A stretch of DNA of 63,201 bases, from assembly GCA_018813815.1 (NCBI GenBank), contig JAHJAY010000026.1:1-63201 (forward strand). Direction: 5' to 3'. The position numbers were made by a program, and so were the translations under genes. The notes beneath the pieces were generated by a model. The model did no database searches. It saw only the letters and a program-made list of their open reading frames with translations, and was not told the origin of the DNA. Shown here piece after piece: positions 60,773-63,201 of this stretch. Origin of the DNA: Patescibacteria group bacterium. GTDB lineage: Bacteria > Patescibacteriota > Microgenomatia > UBA1400 > JAHJAY01. Position 1 is the stretch's first letter; every line of letters begins with the position of its first letter.

Positions 60773-63040
60773 TTATTTTAAGTTTAAATTATAAAATTTT
60801 ATCGCCAGATTTCTTTGGTCATTATTATTTTCAAAAACTTCAGCCGGTTTAAAGCTTTGACTAAATTTAAAATCAATAGTGTTAATTCCCGGCTTAAGAT
60901 AGTCAGAGATATTATTAATGGTATAATTATTTTTTTCTGTGCTAATTTGTTTGGTGGCGAGATAGGTTTTGTTAATGTAGATTTTAACTTTTTGAGGTTG
61001 ATAAAATGAGGCGGCGGCAAAAGCAAGTTGGTTTTTATTGCCATCAGTTTTAACAAAAACCTGAGCCGAGTTGTTGATTGTCCAGCGAAAATCGTCCTCA
61101 GAAACACTAAAGTTTTTGGCTGTAAACAAATAATCATTAGCTGAGCCAAAAGCAATTTGGCTGAATTCTTGGGTAGTTAGCGACTTTTCGAATAATTGAA
61201 AACCAACATCTTCCATTTTTAAAATAAAGCCCAGTTGAATTAATAACTCTTTAATAAGTTGACTGTATTTTTCGTCAGTTCTCAGCAACACGTATTTAAT
61301 GTCTAAAAAACTGATTTCTTCTTCAAGAGTGTTTAAATCCGCCTCAAATGAAGTAACTACTGGTTCAGCCGGGCTTTCTTTATAAAGCCGATAATTCCCC
61401 TTGTCGGTGATTTTGAGTATATGACTAATAAAAGGGAGATTTTTATAATAATTAAAAATTGCCGGATTAACTCGGGCAAGATAACCGCCAATAACTGGTT
61501 TTTGGTGAATCAGGGCACCACGCATGATTGAAATTCCATGAACAAAGCCTAAATATTGAAGACCATCGCGAATCGCAAAAGGGATTTCCAGAACTGTGGT
61601 TACTTCAGGATCATTTTTAATATATTCATAAGCTTTTAAAGGGATATTGATTGGTGGTCTGGATGGAACAGTATAAAACTGATCAAAGAAAAATATTAGC
61701 AAAAATAGTCCAACGATAATCAAGCGTTTTTTTCTTGGAACTTTTGATATTTGATAGTTAATAATCGTAGCGGCAACAATAGTAGCCAAAAAAATAAACA
61801 TGGCCATAAAACGAGTTGGTGCTCGAACAGAGCTTAATCCCGGAATTGCTTGGAGTAAAATAAAAGGCAAAGGAAAATAAACATTAATGCCTTCAAGGGA
61901 AATAAACCAGCGATTAGCAATTTTAAGAAAAGGCCCCATGATTAGCAAAATAAAGAAAATGCTGATAAAAAAATAAGGCTTGATTTGTTGATAAATCTTT
62001 TTAGGCAGTTTTTTTCTAAAAAATAACAGATATAAATAGATTGCAATAATGATAATGCCTGGATAAGCAAAACTCTGCCAGCCATGAAAGAAAAAGCTCA
62101 CATATCTAGCGGGTACTAAAGGTTTATTGAGAAGCTTAGAAAATAACCAGTAATAAAAAGGATTATATTCACTGGGAGTAAAAAAATTAACCGCATCAGC
62201 CGATAAAGTGATGGCACCGCCAAAGCCGGGCGTCTTATGTAAGCCACCAGAAACAATTAAGGGAATAGCGCTAATTAACCAGGGAAATAAAAGTAAAATA
62301 AAACTTAAAAAGGAAAAAGGAAGATAAAGAAAGTGAGTTTTTATCAACCTCACTAAAGTTTTTCTTTGCCAGAAAATAAACCAAATAAGGCCAATAAAAA
62401 TGGCGAGCAAAGAGCTTAAAAAATAATAAAAATTAGCTAAAAAAGTAAAAGCCAAAATGAATCCCAGACCAAGAGATAAATAAGTTTTAGTCTTTTTTTG
62501 TTTAGCTTGGAAAAAATTCAGAATCATTAACATCTGTAAAGGAAAAAGGTAAAGAAGGGTGTAAGTATAGTGACCGAGCATGCGGTGAGAAATGAATGGT
62601 GTGTAAGTAAAAATTAAGCTGGCAATCAGGGCCAATAGGCGACTAACTCTGAGCTTTTTTATCAGCAGGTACATAAAAATGCTACTTAAAAATAAATTAA
62701 TTAAGACAATTATTAAGGTGGCCTGATGAATATTAAAAAACGGTCGGAGAACTAGCAAAAAAGGCAGATTAGTAATGGCGTGATCATTAAGAGAAAAGTT
62801 AGTTTCAAAAGGATAAAGAATGCTTTTATTAATAATAAATGGATTTTTGCCTTTTAAAATATTTTGATAACTGGTTTCAGTTAAAAACTCAGTCATTAAA
62901 CCGTCATCAATGATAGTTTGGCCGAAATCAGGAAATAATACCTCTTTAAAAAATTGGTGATTAAAGATAAAATTAACACCAAGAAATAAGATAAAGAAAA
63001 TAAGAGGCAATAATTTTTTATTCATTTGTAAAGTCAACAA
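60773..63040 (-). CDS. large polytopic membrane protein with C-terminal extracytoplasmic domain (series D, copy 1)
   Basis: 755 aa. NPFIINKSILYPFETNF, RMLGHYTY, VRAPTRF, AIRDGLQYLG. C-terminal DDFRWTINNSAQVFVK domain. The track start is TTG 63040; ATG 63028 (MNKKLLPL) is equally plausible. Confidence 0.58.
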   Translation of the reverse strand: MLTLQMNKKLLPLIFFILFLGVNFIFNHQFFKEVLFPDFGQTIIDDGLMTEFLTETSYQNILKGKNPFIINKSILYPFETNFSLNDHAITNLPFLLVLRPFFNIHQATLIIVLINLFLSSIFMYLLIKKLRVSRLLALIASLIFTYTPFISHRMLGHYTYTLLYLFPLQMLMILNFFQAKQKKTKTYLSLGLGFILAFTFLANFYYFLSSLLAIFIGLIWFIFWQRKTLVRLIKTHFLYLPFSFLSFILLLFPWLISAIPLIVSGGLHKTPGFGGAITLSADAVNFFTPSEYNPFYYWLFSKLLNKPLVPARYVSFFFHGWQSFAYPGIIIIAIYLYLLFFRKKLPKKIYQQIKPYFFISIFFILLIMGPFLKIANRWFISLEGINVYFPLPFILLQAIPGLSSVRAPTRFMAMFIFLATIVAATIINYQISKVPRKKRLIIVGLFLLIFFFDQFYTVPSRPPINIPLKAYEYIKNDPEVTTVLEIPFAIRDGLQYLGFVHGISIMRGALIHQKPVIGGYLARVNPAIFNYYKNLPFISHILKITDKGNYRLYKESPAEPVVTSFEADLNTLEEEISFLDIKYVLLRTDEKYSQLIKELLIQLGFILKMEDVGFQLFEKSLTTQEFSQIAFGSANDYLFTAKNFSVSEDDFRWTINNSAQVFVKTDGNKNQLAFAAASFYQPQKVKIYINKTYLATKQISTEKNNYTINNISDYLKPGINTIDFKFSQSFKPAEVFENNNDQRNLAIKFYNLNLK

Positions 63041-63201
63041 TATTTTAGAGTTATTATAGCAGTATGAACAAGAAAATTAAGCGCCCATTCTTATTTGTTT
63101 GCCCTTTATCATATAAAAAGATTTTGGTTTCTCGCCATTGAAAAGCTTAATGGCTGGTATGCTAGAGGCGGCTAAAGAAACCCTAATAATATATAAAGAA
63201 G

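Noticed and set aside
63064-63141. 25-codon ORF (MNKKIKRPFLFVCPLSYKKILVSRH) with a leaderless-type TATTAT 6 nt upstream, and a possible partial ORF starting at ATG 63150 that runs off the window.
   Set aside because: Too short and too close to the window edge to judge. It could be the disrupted 5' end of a longer gene, and there is no motif support.
1-63201. Searched by eye for CRISPR arrays, rRNA/tRNA genes, transposases or integrases, reverse transcriptase/DGR repeats, and prophage genes.
   Set aside because: No spaced direct-repeat arrays. No long non-coding stretches; the largest gaps are about 140 bp (2317-2458) and 130 bp (23947-24076). No ORF carries recombinase, RT or phage structural motifs.

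Overview
Low-GC (about 40% by eye), very tightly packed bacterial window. The gene content looks like a Candidate Phyla Radiation / Patescibacteria (Microgenomates-like) genome; that is an inference I cannot verify here.

Left edge: a minus-strand OmpR-type two-component operon with a CpxP-like secreted protein, followed by a 951-aa multidomain Ser/Thr kinase whose reading frame stays open upstream except for one TGA.

From 6.05 kb to the right edge (about 57 kb), nearly every gene is related to envelope glycans:
- Nucleotide-sugar enzymes: ugd, two tandem GDP-mannose 4,6-dehydratase (GMD) paralogs, a GalE-like epimerase, and a UDP-GlcA decarboxylase.
- Four GT2 enzymes resembling polyprenyl-phosphate-sugar synthases, one fused to GtrA and one fused to a GT-C-like domain.
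- More GT2/GT4 enzymes, a Wzx-like flippase, and a Wzm/Wzt-type ABC exporter.
- A class-III aminotransferase, an EEP phosphoesterase, and an FAD oxidoreductase.
- About 20 large polytopic GT-C-like membrane proteins in several paralog series.

An AbiEii-type toxin-antitoxin pair is the only opposite-strand insertion in the plus-strand array. I recognised no rRNA, tRNA, CRISPR array, transposase, integrase or reverse transcriptase.

The main candidate for a novel system is the GT-C super-locus: many extracytoplasmic glycosyltransferases fed by several lipid-linked sugar donors.

Sequence-level oddities:
- 20-22 bp perfect palindromes.
- A nucleotide-conserved insertion shared by two diverged paralogs.
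- Leaderless-type promoters at operon-first genes.
- A 24-bp segment flanked by direct repeats that carries the in-frame TGA upstream of the kinase.

Several start coordinates were moved from the ORF-track start to a downstream ATG where that creates an ATGA or short overlap with the preceding stop.
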